A stretch of DNA of 64,000 nt from an uncultured Acidobacteriota bacterium (GCA_963796275.1 CAWCKY010000007.1:512001-576000); one strand, 5' to 3'. Positions 1 through 10,608 are shown, counted from the stretch's first letter. Translations and numbers: made by a program. Notes: a model not told the origin generated them from the sequence alone.

Positions 1-932
1 AACGGCCCGAAGACCTTTTTCGGCAGCTTCACAGGTCCGCCGATGTTCGCGCCGAACTGGTTCTGGGTGAAGGCCGGGCGCTCGATACCCGAGCGGTTGT
101 TGAAGAACGTGTTTGCGTTCAGCACCCGGTTCCGCATGAACTCATAGGCGCTCCCGTGGAGATCGTTGGTTCCCGATTTAGACGTGAGGTTGATGACGCC
201 GCCGGTGAAGCGGCCGAACTCCGCGCTCAGATTGTTCGTCTGGACGCGGAACTCCTGGATCGCATCCTGCGTCGGGACCAGCGTCGTCAGGTTAGCGTAT
301 ATGACATTCAACGGGCCGCCATCTAGAAACGACGCGCTCTGATTGGCCGCGCCACCACCGATCTGATAGTTGCCCCAGGCGAAGATGTTGGTGCCGGTGG
401 GATTCTGCATCGACTGGCCCTGCGGCACCACGCCCGGCGCCAGCGCCACGAGGTTGAGCACGTTGCGCCCGTTGAGCGGCATCTCCAGGACCTTACGTGA
501 ATCCACCACCTGTCCGAGAGACGTCGTATCGGGCTGGAGCAATGGCGTCTGGCTGGTGATCTCCACCACCTCGTTGACATCGCCTGTCTCGAGGGCTGTG
601 TCGATGCGGACGGCGGCCTGTACTTCCACGACGATCTCAGGCCGCGTGTAGCGTTTGAAGCCGGCCTTCTCGATCTCCACTCGGTAGCGCCCGGGAACGA
701 GGTTGACGAACTGATAGTTGCCGTCTGGACCAGTCTCCACAGCCCGGCGCTCGGAAGTCCCGAGACTGGTCAGCGTCACCTTTGCACTGGGTACGACGGC
801 CCCGCTACTGTCGGTGACATTCCCGATAATCGAACCATAGAATGTTTGTGCGGTGGTTCGAGAAGGGAAGGAGGCAATGAAGGTGATCAAGAGAGTGAGA
901 GTCAGAATCGCTGGCGGAAGTTTTCGGATCAT
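1..932 (-). CDS. TonB-dependent receptor (Oar-like, carboxypeptidase-regulatory-like N-domain), N-terminal part, runs off the window start
   Basis: Not in ORF track. Manual minus-strand translation from ATG 932 (GGAGAA RBS upstream): MIRKLPPAILTLTLLITFIASFPSRTTAQTFYGSIIGNVTDSSGAVVPSAKVTL...GNYQFVNLVPGRYRVEIEKAGFK, later IQEFRVQTNNLSAEFGRFTGGVINLTSKSGTNDLHGS. Confidence 0.9.
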   Translation of the reverse strand, partial: MIRKLPPAILTLTLLITFIASFPSRTTAQTFYGSIIGNVTDSSGAVVPSAKVTLTSLGTSERRAVETGPDGNYQFVNLVPGRYRVEIEKAGFKRYTRPEIVVEVQAAVRIDTALETGDVNEVVEITSQTPLLQPDTTSLGQVVDSRKVLEMPLNGRNVLNLVALAPGVVPQGQSMQNPTGTNIFAWGNYQIGGGAANQSASFLDGGPLNVIYANLTTLVPTQDAIQEFRVQTNNLSAEFGRFTGGVINLTSKSGTNDLHGSAYEFMRNRVLNANTFFNNRSGIERPAFTQNQFGANIGGPVKLPKKVFGP

Positions 933-973
933 ATAATTCTCCAGTTGAATGATGTGTGTACTGTTTCGGAAGG

Positions 974-1075
974 GAAATTCATCACAAAAATCACAAATTG
1001 TACAAAGGACACAAACCTCCAACACCTCTTCATCCTGCTTTTTGTCATTTTTGTACTTTGTATGATGAATTTTCT
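974..1075. repeat. Inverted array of ~9-bp units (CACAAAAAT-like) in the divergent intergenic region
   Basis: GAAATTCATCACAAAAATCACAAATTGTACAAAGGACACAAA is imperfectly mirrored by TTTTTGTCATTTTTGTACTTTGTATGATGAATTTTC. Confidence 0.7.
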
Positions 1076-1181
1076 TGCAGTAACGATCAGATCGTACTAA
1101 TGTTTACCCCGTCCCATCAACCTTACTAAGATCACCTTAGTGTGCGAGCCCGAATAACGCACAATCTGGGAGGTTAAAAAT

Positions 1182-4100
1182 ATGTATCTAGGTACCAGAC
1201 TAGGTTCAGTATCTATGTCTATCCTAATGATGCTCTCTATAATGCTATCTTCACTCGTAATGGCTCAGACCACGAGTGGTTCGATTGCGGGGAGTATTGT
1301 TGACCCGAGCCAGGCGGCCGTTGTGAGCGCAACGATCAAGATCTCGGATGAATCGAAAAGATTTTCATTGACCATGACGTCGGACGGCGAAGGGCGTTTC
1401 GTCTTTCCGCAGGTGCCGCCGGCCACGTATGCGTTGACTATCGAGGCCAAGGGATTCAAGAAGAATCAGCGGACCGGCATCCTGGTGGTAGCGAACGACA
1501 AACTCACGCTGGGCAATCTTGTGCTAGAGGTCGGTGAGACCACTGAGACGGTCACGGTCATTGCGGAAGCCACGTTGGTCCAGGCCGAGAGCGCCGAGCG
1601 CTCCTACGCCATCCAGAGCCAGACCATGCAGAATATCGCGGTCAACGGCCGCGGGTTCACGGCGCTCGCCGCGATCGCGCCGGGGATTGCCGTCACCAAC
1701 GCCAATGGCGTTAACAACGGAGTCCCGACCGATATCACCAATATCAGCGCGAATGGCCTGCGCCCCAGCGCGAACAACCTCCAGATCGATGGAGTGGCGA
1801 CGGTGGACACCGGCAATAACGGCCAGATGGTCGCGGTCGTGCTTGATTCCATCGCCGAGTTCAAGGTGCTCACCTCGAACTATCAGGCCGAGTACGGGCG
1901 TTCGGCGGGCGCGCAGATCAGCGCGGTGACGAAGAGCGGAACGAAGGATTTTCATGGATCGTTCTATGCTTTTCGCCGGCACGACGGGATGAACGCCAAC
2001 ACGTGGATCAACAACCGCGACGGCGTCGGCAAGCCTCGGCTCGACCAGCGCGACATCGGATACACGATCGGCGGTCCGGTCTACATCCCGAAACTCTTCA
2101 ACACGAACAAGGATAAGGTCTTCTTCTTCTTCAGCCAGGAGCACCAGAAGCGGTTTACGCCGCCAGGGGGGCCAACGAGGGTGACGGTGCCGACGGCTTT
2201 GGAGCGGATGGGCGATTTCTCGCAGAGCGTGGACGGTGGCGGTGTTCCGTTCAACTTCATCAAGAACCCAGGCGTGGGGGGGCTATGTCAGGCGACGCCG
2301 GCGAGTCCCGAGGCCGGCATTGACTACCAGGCTGCTTGTTTCCGGGATGGCGGCGCCCTCGGGAGGATTCCGCAGTCCGCGTTGTTTCAGCCCGGCCTCG
2401 CTATCCTGAACATGTATCCGCTTCCGAATACATCCGGTACTGGGTTCAATTACATCAGCGAGGCATCGACTAGCGATCCACAACGGCAGGACCTCTATCG
2501 CGGCGATTGGAACATCACGAACAACTGGCGCGCGACCGGAAAATTCCTCTACTACAAGAGAAGCCCGGTCCAGCCATATGGGTCGTTCGTGTTGGGCACC
2601 AATATGCCTGACTTCCCGACGATCTTCCCGAACAATCGCTATGGCGTGACCGGGACCGTCACAGGAACGCTCAACGCGACTACTGTGCTGGAGGCGACCT
2701 TCGGCCAGAGCCATAACTTTATCGACATTCTTCCGAACAATCCGAACTTCAATCGCGCCAGCCTGGGATTGTCGGGTATCCCATTGCTCTATCCGGACGC
2801 GGTCCAGATCGATTCTCCGCCGCAGTTCACCTTCGACGGCGGGCGCATCGCAAACGGTCCGAGAATCGGCTCGAACAACGCGCCGTTCTACAATTTCAAC
2901 ACGACGCGCGACTCGGCAGTGAGCGTCTCCAAGATCCAGGGATCGCACAACCTGAAATTCGGCTTGTTCTGGCAGACCAGCTTCAAGCCGCAGAGTAGCT
3001 TCGCCAACAATAACGGCCTTTACAACTTCAATAATGAGGCCGCCAACCCGCTCGATACGGGGTTTGGCTTTGCCAATGCTGCCGTTGGCGTCTACAACCA
3101 GTTCACCCAAGCGTCGGGCTACTTCATCGGCGAGTATCGCTACAACAACGTTGAATGGTTTGCGCAGGACAACTGGAAAGTGAGTAACCGGTTGACCCTC
3201 GACTACGGCATGCGCTTCTACTGGATTCAGCAGCAGTTCGATGAGGCTTCGCAGACTGCCAACTTTCTGCCTGACCAGTTCAATCCGGCGGATGCCCCAT
3301 TGCTATACCGCCCGATATGCATTGGCGCTTCCCCCTGCAGTAGCAGCACGACCAACCGGCGCGCGGTGGATCCGAGGCTCCTGGTGCCAGGATTCGTGCC
3401 GACATCAGGAAATACGATTGAGGGCGTCTATATCGGTCGGATCGTGCCGAATACAGGCAGTATTACAAACGGCGTCTTTCAGGCTGGGAATGGCATAGAG
3501 CAGGGATTGTACCAAAATCGCGGCGTCCATTTCGCTCCGCGCTTCGGCTTCGCCTATGACGCACTCGGCGATCAGCGTCTCGTCATCCGCGGCGGCGCGG
3601 GGGTGTTCTATGATCGCCCGCAGGGCAATACCGTCTTTGACCTGCTGCAGAATCCGCCGACGACTCTCCAGCCGACGCTATTCTTCGGGAGAATGCAGAA
3701 TATCGGCAGTGGAGATGTGCTGCTTGCGCCACCCAACCTCATCGCAATCGACCGCGAGGGCAAGATTCCGACGACCTATGCCTTCAATATCGGCGTCCAG
3801 CGCAAGCTGCCGCTCGATACCATCCTGGACGTCTCATATGTCGGCACGACCGGCTCGCACCTACTGCAGCGGCGTAACATCAATGCCCCGGCTTATGGCG
3901 CGGCCTACCTGGCGCAGAACCTGGATCCAACCTCGGGAGCGAGGGTGGAAATTCCCGGCTCGCGGGCGTTACCAACCGATTTTCTGAGACCCTATCAAGG
4001 GTTCGGGAATATCCAGTACATCGAGCCGTCTTCCAGCTCGAACTATCACTCGTTGCAGACCTCGGTCAACCGGCGTTTCAGCCGTGGGCTTCTGCTGGGC

Positions 4101-4832
4101 GTGAACTATACCTGGAGCAAGGCTCTCGGCACATCATCTGAAGATCTGCCGAATGTCCAGAACTTCGGCGCGCCGCACAATCTGGATCAGCGCCGGGCCA
4201 ATTATGGACCACAGAACTTCGACATTCGTCACAATTTCAGTATCAACTATGTGTGGCAGATGCCGAAGGCGACTCAGAACCGGAATCTCGGGTATGCGTT
4301 GAATGATTGGCAATTGTCAGGTGTCTATCGATACACGACGGGACTGCCCTACAACCTCAATCTAACTATCCCCGGTATCTCGGGTTACACGTATACCGGG
4401 ACTCAGTCAATCGAGGGGGCGCGCGCCGTCCTATTGAATGAGCCCGGCAGCGGGTCGAGCAGCGATCCTTACCGGCAATTCGACGTCTCGGCAGTCGCGG
4501 TACCGGGAACGGGGAGTCTGGGCTTCGAATCGGGGCGCAACTTTCTCCGCCGCTCGCCGATCAACAGCCTGGACCTTTCGCTTTCGAAGCGCTTTCGCTT
4601 CAAAGAGAGGGCGGAGTTCGAATTGCGTCTTGACGCCTTCAATGCGCTCAATCACACGCAGTTCAACGACGTCAACTCGACGCTCACAGTGCGAGGTTTC
4701 AACGATACGACCGGCTTGATCGATACAACTCCGACCAATCTTGCGTCGGACAGTAATAAAGTCGGTTTCGGCGGAGTCCAAAATGTCCGCCTGCCGCGCA
4801 ACCTGCAGTGGTCGGCGCGTTTCCAGTTCTAA
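1182..4832 (+). CDS. TonB-dependent receptor (Oar-like)
   Basis: Signal peptide, GSIAGSIVDPSQAAV domain, EFKVLTSNYQAEYGRSAG plug motif, QDNWKV-x-RLTLDYGMR barrel motif, C-terminal aromatic ARFQF; GGAGGT RBS. Confidence 0.95.
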   Translation: MYLGTRLGSVSMSILMMLSIMLSSLVMAQTTSGSIAGSIVDPSQAAVVSATIKISDESKRFSLTMTSDGEGRFVFPQVPPATYALTIEAKGFKKNQRTGILVVANDKLTLGNLVLEVGETTETVTVIAEATLVQAESAERSYAIQSQTMQNIAVNGRGFTALAAIAPGIAVTNANGVNNGVPTDITNISANGLRPSANNLQIDGVATVDTGNNGQMVAVVLDSIAEFKVLTSNYQAEYGRSAGAQISAVTKSGTKDFHGSFYAFRRHDGMNANTWINNRDGVGKPRLDQRDIGYTIGGPVYIPKLFNTNKDKVFFFFSQEHQKRFTPPGGPTRVTVPTALERMGDFSQSVDGGGVPFNFIKNPGVGGLCQATPASPEAGIDYQAACFRDGGALGRIPQSALFQPGLAILNMYPLPNTSGTGFNYISEASTSDPQRQDLYRGDWNITNNWRATGKFLYYKRSPVQPYGSFVLGTNMPDFPTIFPNNRYGVTGTVTGTLNATTVLEATFGQSHNFIDILPNNPNFNRASLGLSGIPLLYPDAVQIDSPPQFTFDGGRIANGPRIGSNNAPFYNFNTTRDSAVSVSKIQGSHNLKFGLFWQTSFKPQSSFANNNGLYNFNNEAANPLDTGFGFANAAVGVYNQFTQASGYFIGEYRYNNVEWFAQDNWKVSNRLTLDYGMRFYWIQQQFDEASQTANFLPDQFNPADAPLLYRPICIGASPCSSSTTNRRAVDPRLLVPGFVPTSGNTIEGVYIGRIVPNTGSITNGVFQAGNGIEQGLYQNRGVHFAPRFGFAYDALGDQRLVIRGGAGVFYDRPQGNTVFDLLQNPPTTLQPTLFFGRMQNIGSGDVLLAPPNLIAIDREGKIPTTYAFNIGVQRKLPLDTILDVSYVGTTGSHLLQRRNINAPAYGAAYLAQNLDPTSGARVEIPGSRALPTDFLRPYQGFGNIQYIEPSSSSNYHSLQTSVNRRFSRGLLLGVNYTWSKALGTSSEDLPNVQNFGAPHNLDQRRANYGPQNFDIRHNFSINYVWQMPKATQNRNLGYALNDWQLSGVYRYTTGLPYNLNLTIPGISGYTYTGTQSIEGARAVLLNEPGSGSSSDPYRQFDVSAVAVPGTGSLGFESGRNFLRRSPINSLDLSLSKRFRFKERAEFELRLDAFNALNHTQFNDVNSTLTVRGFNDTTGLIDTTPTNLASDSNKVGFGGVQNVRLPRNLQWSARFQF

Positions 4833-4973
4833 AGGGAAACAAAGGAAATATAAGGGTCAGTAGGGGCAAAGGGGCAAAGGGGCAAAAGGGCATGAAGTAG
4901 GCTCTGTGCTCCTATTGTCCCTATTGCCCCTTTTTTCGCCTTCCTCGCCTTTTTTGATTCTTCCTCACTTCCC
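4833..4973. repeat. Inverted 9-mer array (AAAGGGGCA)n versus complementary pyrimidine arm
   Basis: GGGGCAAAGGGGCAAAGGGGCAAAAGGGCA followed by CCTATTGTCCCTATTGCCCCTTTTTTCGCCTTCCTCGCCTTTTTTG. Confidence 0.7.
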
Positions 4974-5030
4974 GACTGGACTTTTCCTCGCTTCCTTGGT
5001 TTTATAATGCCCAACACGGAGACAACAAAG

Positions 5031-7358
5031 ATGAAAAACAGGCGTCTGCGATCAGGCGTGGTACTCCTGATCGGTATCGCTGCCGCGTTCTACGCGATCT
5101 CTACGTCTCAGGCGGACCGGGGCAAGAGAGTAGCTGACGCGGATCACCAGGCGATGATCGAAGAGTACTGCGTGGGATGCCACAACAAAGACTCCAAGAC
5201 CGCGGGCATTTCGCTCGAGGGTCTGAATTTCAATAAGGTCGGGGCAGACGCGGGCGTCTGGGAGAAAGTGTTGCGCAAAGTCCGCACAGGCCAGATGCCG
5301 CCTTCAGGTATGCCGCGTCCCGAACCGGCCTCTGTGACTGCGTTCGTGAGTTGGTTGGAAAGCTCATTGGACCGGGCCGCGGAAGCCGATCCGAATCCGG
5401 GAAGGCCCGGAATCCACCGCCTTAACCGCGCCGAGTACAGCAACGCCATCCGCGATCTGCTGGCGGTCGATATCAACCCCGGATCAGCGCTGCCGGTGGA
5501 CGACTCCGGCCACGGCTTCGACAACATAGGCGAAGTGCTGACTCTCTCTCCCGCGCTGTTGGAGAAGTACATGTCGGCCGCCCGCCGGGTGAGCCGCCTC
5601 GCCATCGGCGATATAACGATCAAGGCCGGCGAAGAACAGTTTCATCCGCGTCGCGACCCCCCGGGTACATCCAACAATTCGAGACCGAGAGGAGAGCGAG
5701 TCAGTGACGATCTTCCCTTCTATTCGAGGGGGGGACTCTCCTTCCGGCACTATTTCCCGCTCGATGCCGACTATCTGATCCGGATCAGATCGAATCGGTC
5801 TTTCTATGACATGCAGATGTCTGTGAAGGCCGGTCTACATACCGTCGGCGTGACGTTCCCGCGCGCCGACGCGAAGGATGAACCCGCGCTGCCGAGCTCA
5901 CGGCGATTTGGCGGCAGGCCGCCGGGCATGGCGCCCCCACAGACAATACCGATGGACCTGCGGCTCGATGGCGCGAGAGTCAAGCGGTTTGAAGTTCCCG
6001 AATTCACCGGCACAGACGTAGTCCTCATCAGAGGCCCTTTTAACGTCACGGGACGTGGCGAGACGGCCAGCAGGGCCAAGATTTTCGTATGCCGACCCGC
6101 TTCGGAGAAAGAAGAGACGCCGTGTGCCCGGAAGATTCTCGCGTCGCTTACCCGTCGCGCGTTCCGGCGACCCGTGACCGACGCCGATGTGAATCCGCTG
6201 GTATCATTTTACGAACGCGGACGGCGTGAGGGCGATTTCGATTATGGCATTCAAAACGCCATCGAGGCGATGCTGGTCTCACCCGACTTTCTGTTCCGCA
6301 TCGAACGCGATCCGCAGAACGCGGGGCCCGGAGCCATCTACCGCTTGAACGATTTCGAACTCGCATCGCGGCTCTCCTTCTTTCTGTGGAGCAGCATCCC
6401 GGATGACCGGTTGCTGGATCTGGCCGAGCAGCGGAAGCTGAGCGACCCGGCTGTCCTGCAACAGCAGGTCAGTCGAATGCTAGACGATCCGCGTGCGCTA
6501 GCCTTCGTCAGCAATTTTGGCGGGCAATGGCTTCATCTCAGGAATCTCGAGACTTCCAGGCCCGATCCCGACCGATTCCCCACATTCGATGAGGGGCTGC
6601 GCCTGGCATTCCGGCAGGAGACGGAGTTGTTCTTCGAGAGCATACTGCGCGAGAACCGCAGCATATTCGATCTGATCGATGCCGATTACACGTTCATCAA
6701 CGAGCGGCTGGCCGAGCATTATGACATTCCGGGAATCTATGGATCGCAGTTCCGCCGGGTCAGGCTGAATGACCCGAACAGAGGCGGCTTATTGGGGCAG
6801 GGAAGTATATTGACCGTAACCTCCTATCCCAATCGCACGTCCATAGTTCTGAGAGGCAAGTGGGTTCTCGAAAATCTTTTGGGTGCGCCGCCACCACCAC
6901 CACCTCCTGACATTCCCGACCTTAAGCCGCACGGTAAGGACGGAAGGCAGTTGACCATGCGAGAGCAGATGGAAGCGCACCGCGCCAATCCGGTATGCGC
7001 CTCTTGTCACGCACGAATGGATCCGATCGGGTTTGCGCTGGAGAATTATGATGGCACGGGGAGATGGCGAACAAAGGATGCCGGATCTGACATCGACGCC
7101 TCCGGTAAACTGCCGGACGGGACGAAATTCGCGGGGCCGGTGGGATTAAAAAAGATACTGTTATCGGGTCATCGAGATGAGTTCGCGACGACGGTCACCG
7201 ACAAGCTCCTGACCTATGCGCTGGGGCGCGGTCTGGAAGCCTATGATAATCCGTCCGTCCGTGCGATTATGAGGGAGGCGGCCCAGGAAGACTACCGGCT
7301 GCCGGCCCTGATCACAGCAATCGTAAAAAGCAGACCTTTTCAGATGAGGAAGAATTAG
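5031..7358 (+). CDS. DUF1592-family (PSCyt/PSD domains, DUF1587/1595/1592/1588/1585) secreted di-heme c protein
   Basis: CVGCH and CASCH heme motifs, GQMPP, HRLNRAEYSNAIRDLL, ELASRLSFFLWSS, RGKWVLENLLG, KLLTYALGRG. ATG 5031 has GGAG upstream; ORF track start is 5007. Confidence 0.9.
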   Translation: MKNRRLRSGVVLLIGIAAAFYAISTSQADRGKRVADADHQAMIEEYCVGCHNKDSKTAGISLEGLNFNKVGADAGVWEKVLRKVRTGQMPPSGMPRPEPASVTAFVSWLESSLDRAAEADPNPGRPGIHRLNRAEYSNAIRDLLAVDINPGSALPVDDSGHGFDNIGEVLTLSPALLEKYMSAARRVSRLAIGDITIKAGEEQFHPRRDPPGTSNNSRPRGERVSDDLPFYSRGGLSFRHYFPLDADYLIRIRSNRSFYDMQMSVKAGLHTVGVTFPRADAKDEPALPSSRRFGGRPPGMAPPQTIPMDLRLDGARVKRFEVPEFTGTDVVLIRGPFNVTGRGETASRAKIFVCRPASEKEETPCARKILASLTRRAFRRPVTDADVNPLVSFYERGRREGDFDYGIQNAIEAMLVSPDFLFRIERDPQNAGPGAIYRLNDFELASRLSFFLWSSIPDDRLLDLAEQRKLSDPAVLQQQVSRMLDDPRALAFVSNFGGQWLHLRNLETSRPDPDRFPTFDEGLRLAFRQETELFFESILRENRSIFDLIDADYTFINERLAEHYDIPGIYGSQFRRVRLNDPNRGGLLGQGSILTVTSYPNRTSIVLRGKWVLENLLGAPPPPPPPDIPDLKPHGKDGRQLTMREQMEAHRANPVCASCHARMDPIGFALENYDGTGRWRTKDAGSDIDASGKLPDGTKFAGPVGLKKILLSGHRDEFATTVTDKLLTYALGRGLEAYDNPSVRAIMREAAQEDYRLPALITAIVKSRPFQMRKN

Positions 7359-7424
7359 TTTTCAGTTTTCAGTTTTCAGTTTTTAGTTGCCGATCGAGAC
7401 CACCCAACTAAAAACTAAAAACTG
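7357..7424. repeat. Inverted heptamer array (AGTTTTC)3...(AACTAAA)2, empty element
   Basis: Begins in the TAG stop of the upstream gene and ends just before the GAGGAG RBS of the next gene. Confidence 0.85.
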
Positions 7425-7448
7425 TTTTCAGAGGAGCACACCGACGCT

Positions 7449-8789
7449 ATGATCGTTACCAAGAAATCTCTACCTCGCCGTACTTTCTTGCGCGGGATGG
7501 GCGTGACGTTGGCCCTGCCGTTACTTGACGCGATGACGCCAGCGCTGTCATCTGCCGGGGGAGCGAAATCGGTCGTTCGCCTGGGCTTCGTCTACGTCCC
7601 CAACGGGATCATCATGGATAAGTGGAGGCCGGCTACGGAAGGGAAAGATTTCGCATTTGCGCCGACGATGAAGCCTCTGGAGCTCTATCGCGATCGTCTG
7701 CTAGTGCTCAGCGGATTGGCGCAGGTCAATGGCCGCGCGCTCGGAGATGGCGCGGGCGACCACGCGCGAGCGGGCGCGACGTTTCTCACCGGCGTTCATC
7801 CGAAGAAAAGCGAGACCAACATCCGGGCGGGCATTTCCGCCGACCAGATCGCGGCTCAGGAACTCGGAAAATATACGCAGCTGGCTTCGCTCGAACTCGG
7901 CATCGAATCGAATCAACTGTCCGGCGGTTGCGACAGCGGTTACAGCTGCGCTTATTCCAATACGATCTCGTGGCGCAGCGAGATGACGCCGCTTCCGATC
8001 GAGAACAATCCCCGCGCATTGTTTGAGCGGTTGTTCGGCGACGGTGAGAGCACAGATGCCGCGGCCCGTCTGGCATTGCTCGAGAAACAGCGGAGCATCC
8101 TCGATTACGTGAGCGGCAGCATCGACCGTCTAGGCAAGACCGTCGGCCCGAGCGACCGGGGTAAACTCAGCGAGTACCTGGACGCCATCCGCGATATCGA
8201 ACGCCGGATTCAACAAGCCGAAAAACAGAACGCCGCGCTGAAACTACCGGTGATGGAGCGTCCCACGGCCGTGCCGGATGAGTTCGAAGACCACGTCAGG
8301 ATGATGATGGATCTACAGGTGCTGGCGTACCAGACCGACATGACGCGGGTGATCAGTCTGATGATGGCTCGTGAGGGTAGCAACCGTCCTTATCGTTCCA
8401 TCGGCATTTCCGATGGCCACCACGATTGCACTCACCATCAGAACAACCAGGAGAAGATCGATAAGATAATCAAGATCAACGAACTGCACGTTAAAATGTT
8501 CGCCTACCTGCTGGAGCGAATGAAGGCCACGCCTGATGGGGAAGGCAATCTCCTGGATCATTCGATGATCGTGTACGGCAGCAGCATCAGCGACGGCAAC
8601 CTGCATACCCATCACGACCTGCCGGTAGTGTTGGCGGGCGGCGGCGCCGGTTACGTCAAAGGGAATCGCCACGTCGTCTATCCCAAAGACACGCCGCTCA
8701 ATAATCTGTTGTTGGGCATGTTGGAGAGGGCGGGCGTGCCTGTTGAGAAACTTGGTGATAGCACGGGCAAGCTGGATTGTCTTGCCTGA
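7449..8789 (+). CDS. DUF1552 (HXXSHH) family Tat-exported protein
   Basis: LPRRTFLRGMGVTLALPLLDAM Tat leader, FVYVPNG, CDSGYSCAY, GHHDCTHH, GDSTG C-terminus. Confidence 0.9.
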   Translation: MIVTKKSLPRRTFLRGMGVTLALPLLDAMTPALSSAGGAKSVVRLGFVYVPNGIIMDKWRPATEGKDFAFAPTMKPLELYRDRLLVLSGLAQVNGRALGDGAGDHARAGATFLTGVHPKKSETNIRAGISADQIAAQELGKYTQLASLELGIESNQLSGGCDSGYSCAYSNTISWRSEMTPLPIENNPRALFERLFGDGESTDAAARLALLEKQRSILDYVSGSIDRLGKTVGPSDRGKLSEYLDAIRDIERRIQQAEKQNAALKLPVMERPTAVPDEFEDHVRMMMDLQVLAYQTDMTRVISLMMAREGSNRPYRSIGISDGHHDCTHHQNNQEKIDKIIKINELHVKMFAYLLERMKATPDGEGNLLDHSMIVYGSSISDGNLHTHHDLPVVLAGGGAGYVKGNRHVVYPKDTPLNNLLLGMLERAGVPVEKLGDSTGKLDCLA

Positions 8790-8823
8790 GCGCAATCCGA
8801 CTCGCTAAAAACTCATCTATCCA

Positions 8824-8921
8824 GCACCTCTGCCGGGGTGCGATGTAAGGGGGCACGGTACCGGTGGTTCCGCTATGCTCCACCACCGACTAAAATCCAC
8901 CGCCCTTTCAGGGCGAAGAGC
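8824..8921. repeat. REP-like triple-hairpin element (half copy of the 54842-55028 family)
   Basis: Hairpins GCACCTC/GGGGTGC, GGTGGT/ACCACC and CGCCCT/AGGGCG; ends CTAAAATCCACCGCC...GGCGAAGAGC like the 55 kb element. Confidence 0.6.
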
Positions 8922-8944
8922 AAGATCGCGAACGGAAATGTACG

Positions 8945-10315
8945 ATGATCGAAAGAGGCAACCTCGTTACAATCAGCACAATGTTGCGATCCTGCGCGAC
9001 GCTCATCCTCATCGCTTCCATATCTTTAGCCTTTGATTCACCGGACCTGCTGGATGCGGTTAAACGCCGCGATCACAAAACCCTGAAATCTCTTATAAAA
9101 ACTAGCGCAGACGTGAACATCGCGCAGCCCGATGGGGCGACTCCACTCTCGTGGGCTATTTTCCTGGATGACCGGGAAGCGGCGGAGATGCTGCTTGCCG
9201 CCGGCGCCCGGGTCAACACTGCTGACGAATACGGCGAAACGCCTCTCACTCTCGCGTGCAACAACGGCAGCATCGCTTTGATACGTAAACTCGTAGAGGC
9301 GGGCGCTGACGTCAACGCCTCACGCTGGGATGGCAGCACGGCGCTTATGATAGCCGCCAATTCCGGGAGCATAGAGGCAGTCAGATTACTCGTGGAGCGC
9401 GGAGCGAATGTCAATGCCGCGGAGACCAAAAAAGGCCAGACGGCATTGATGTGGGCCGCATCTGAAGGGCACACGGACGCGGTTAAGGAGCTTCTCAAAA
9501 GCGGCGCAGACGTAAAGGCAGTCTCCAAGGGTGGATTCACGCCCTTGTTATTCGCCGCTATCAAGAACGACTCCAAGTCTGTACAGAGCCTGCTCGCAGC
9601 GGGAGCCGATCCCAATACGAAGCTGCCCGATGGGTCTTCGGCCCTGATTGCGGCCGGGGCATTCCGCAGCGTTGCTTCCGCCATCGCTCTCGTTGAGGCT
9701 GGCGCTGATGTGCGAGTCGCCGATCCCCGGGGAAATACGCCGCTGCACATCGCCGCGCAAATCGGTAACACAGAATTGGTCAAGTTGTTGCTGGCCAAGG
9801 GAGCGGACCCGAACGCCCGTAACGCAAAGGCATTCCAGCCTGGCGGTCCCGCGATGGGTCAGTTCCGCCTTCCCGCCGGTGAAATCACACCATTGCATAT
9901 TGCGGCGAGGGTTAACCAGCTCGAAGCCATGAAACTGCTGGTAGCGGCTGGAGCAGACCCCAAACTGAATGGCGAGGACGGCACGACGCTCCTCATGCAG
10001 GCCGCGGGCAGCACGAACGTCGATGTTGTGGCGTTCGCCTACAATCTCGATCCCGATGTGAAAGCAGTTACCGAAAGCGGCGCGACCGTGATTCATGCTT
10101 CTGTAACCGCGCTCGGTCCGGGGGCCGATCAGAAAGAGATATGTAAAGTGATCCGCTTCCTGGCGGACAAGGGAGCGCCGCTCGATGAACGGAATGCCAG
10201 AGGTAGAACTCCAATCGATATCGCTGATGTCCTGCCGCTCGATCAGGCCGTAGAACTACTCACCGAACTCATTATCAAATCAGGATCAAAACCCAAGACG
10301 CCTACAAAGAGGTGA
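8945..10315 (+). CDS. Secreted ankyrin-repeat protein
   Basis: Many G-x-TPL/TAL-x-x-A repeats with GADVN/GADPN linkers; N-terminal signal peptide. Confidence 0.93.
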   Translation: MIERGNLVTISTMLRSCATLILIASISLAFDSPDLLDAVKRRDHKTLKSLIKTSADVNIAQPDGATPLSWAIFLDDREAAEMLLAAGARVNTADEYGETPLTLACNNGSIALIRKLVEAGADVNASRWDGSTALMIAANSGSIEAVRLLVERGANVNAAETKKGQTALMWAASEGHTDAVKELLKSGADVKAVSKGGFTPLLFAAIKNDSKSVQSLLAAGADPNTKLPDGSSALIAAGAFRSVASAIALVEAGADVRVADPRGNTPLHIAAQIGNTELVKLLLAKGADPNARNAKAFQPGGPAMGQFRLPAGEITPLHIAARVNQLEAMKLLVAAGADPKLNGEDGTTLLMQAAGSTNVDVVAFAYNLDPDVKAVTESGATVIHASVTALGPGADQKEICKVIRFLADKGAPLDERNARGRTPIDIADVLPLDQAVELLTELIIKSGSKPKTPTKR

Positions 10316-10318
10316 ATC

Positions 10319-10454
10319 GGATTCACCACAGAAACCACAAGGACAGAAATCACAAAGCAAACCGTCGCCTCGGTCAACCGAAGCTACCATAAGCCAGAGA
10401 TGAAGAAATTTTTACGTCTTTGTGTCATTTATCGCGGTTTTTGTGGTCAATCTG
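10319..10454. repeat. Degenerate inverted 9-mer array
   Basis: GATTCACCACAGAAACCACAAGGACAGAAATCACAAAG ... CTTTGTGTCATTTATCGCGGTTTTTGTGGTCAATC. Confidence 0.55.
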
Positions 10455-10608
10455 CAGCCTTCGATTTATACTCCTCGCGCTTTAGAGTGGTACTCATCGA
10501 GATTTTAAATTCACAACGAATCTCACGGGGTGACGGGTGAGCCGAATCGCTGGCTCTTATTTCGTCTTCACTGACACGCGGTAGTTTCCTTACAATTAGG
10601 AGAAAACG

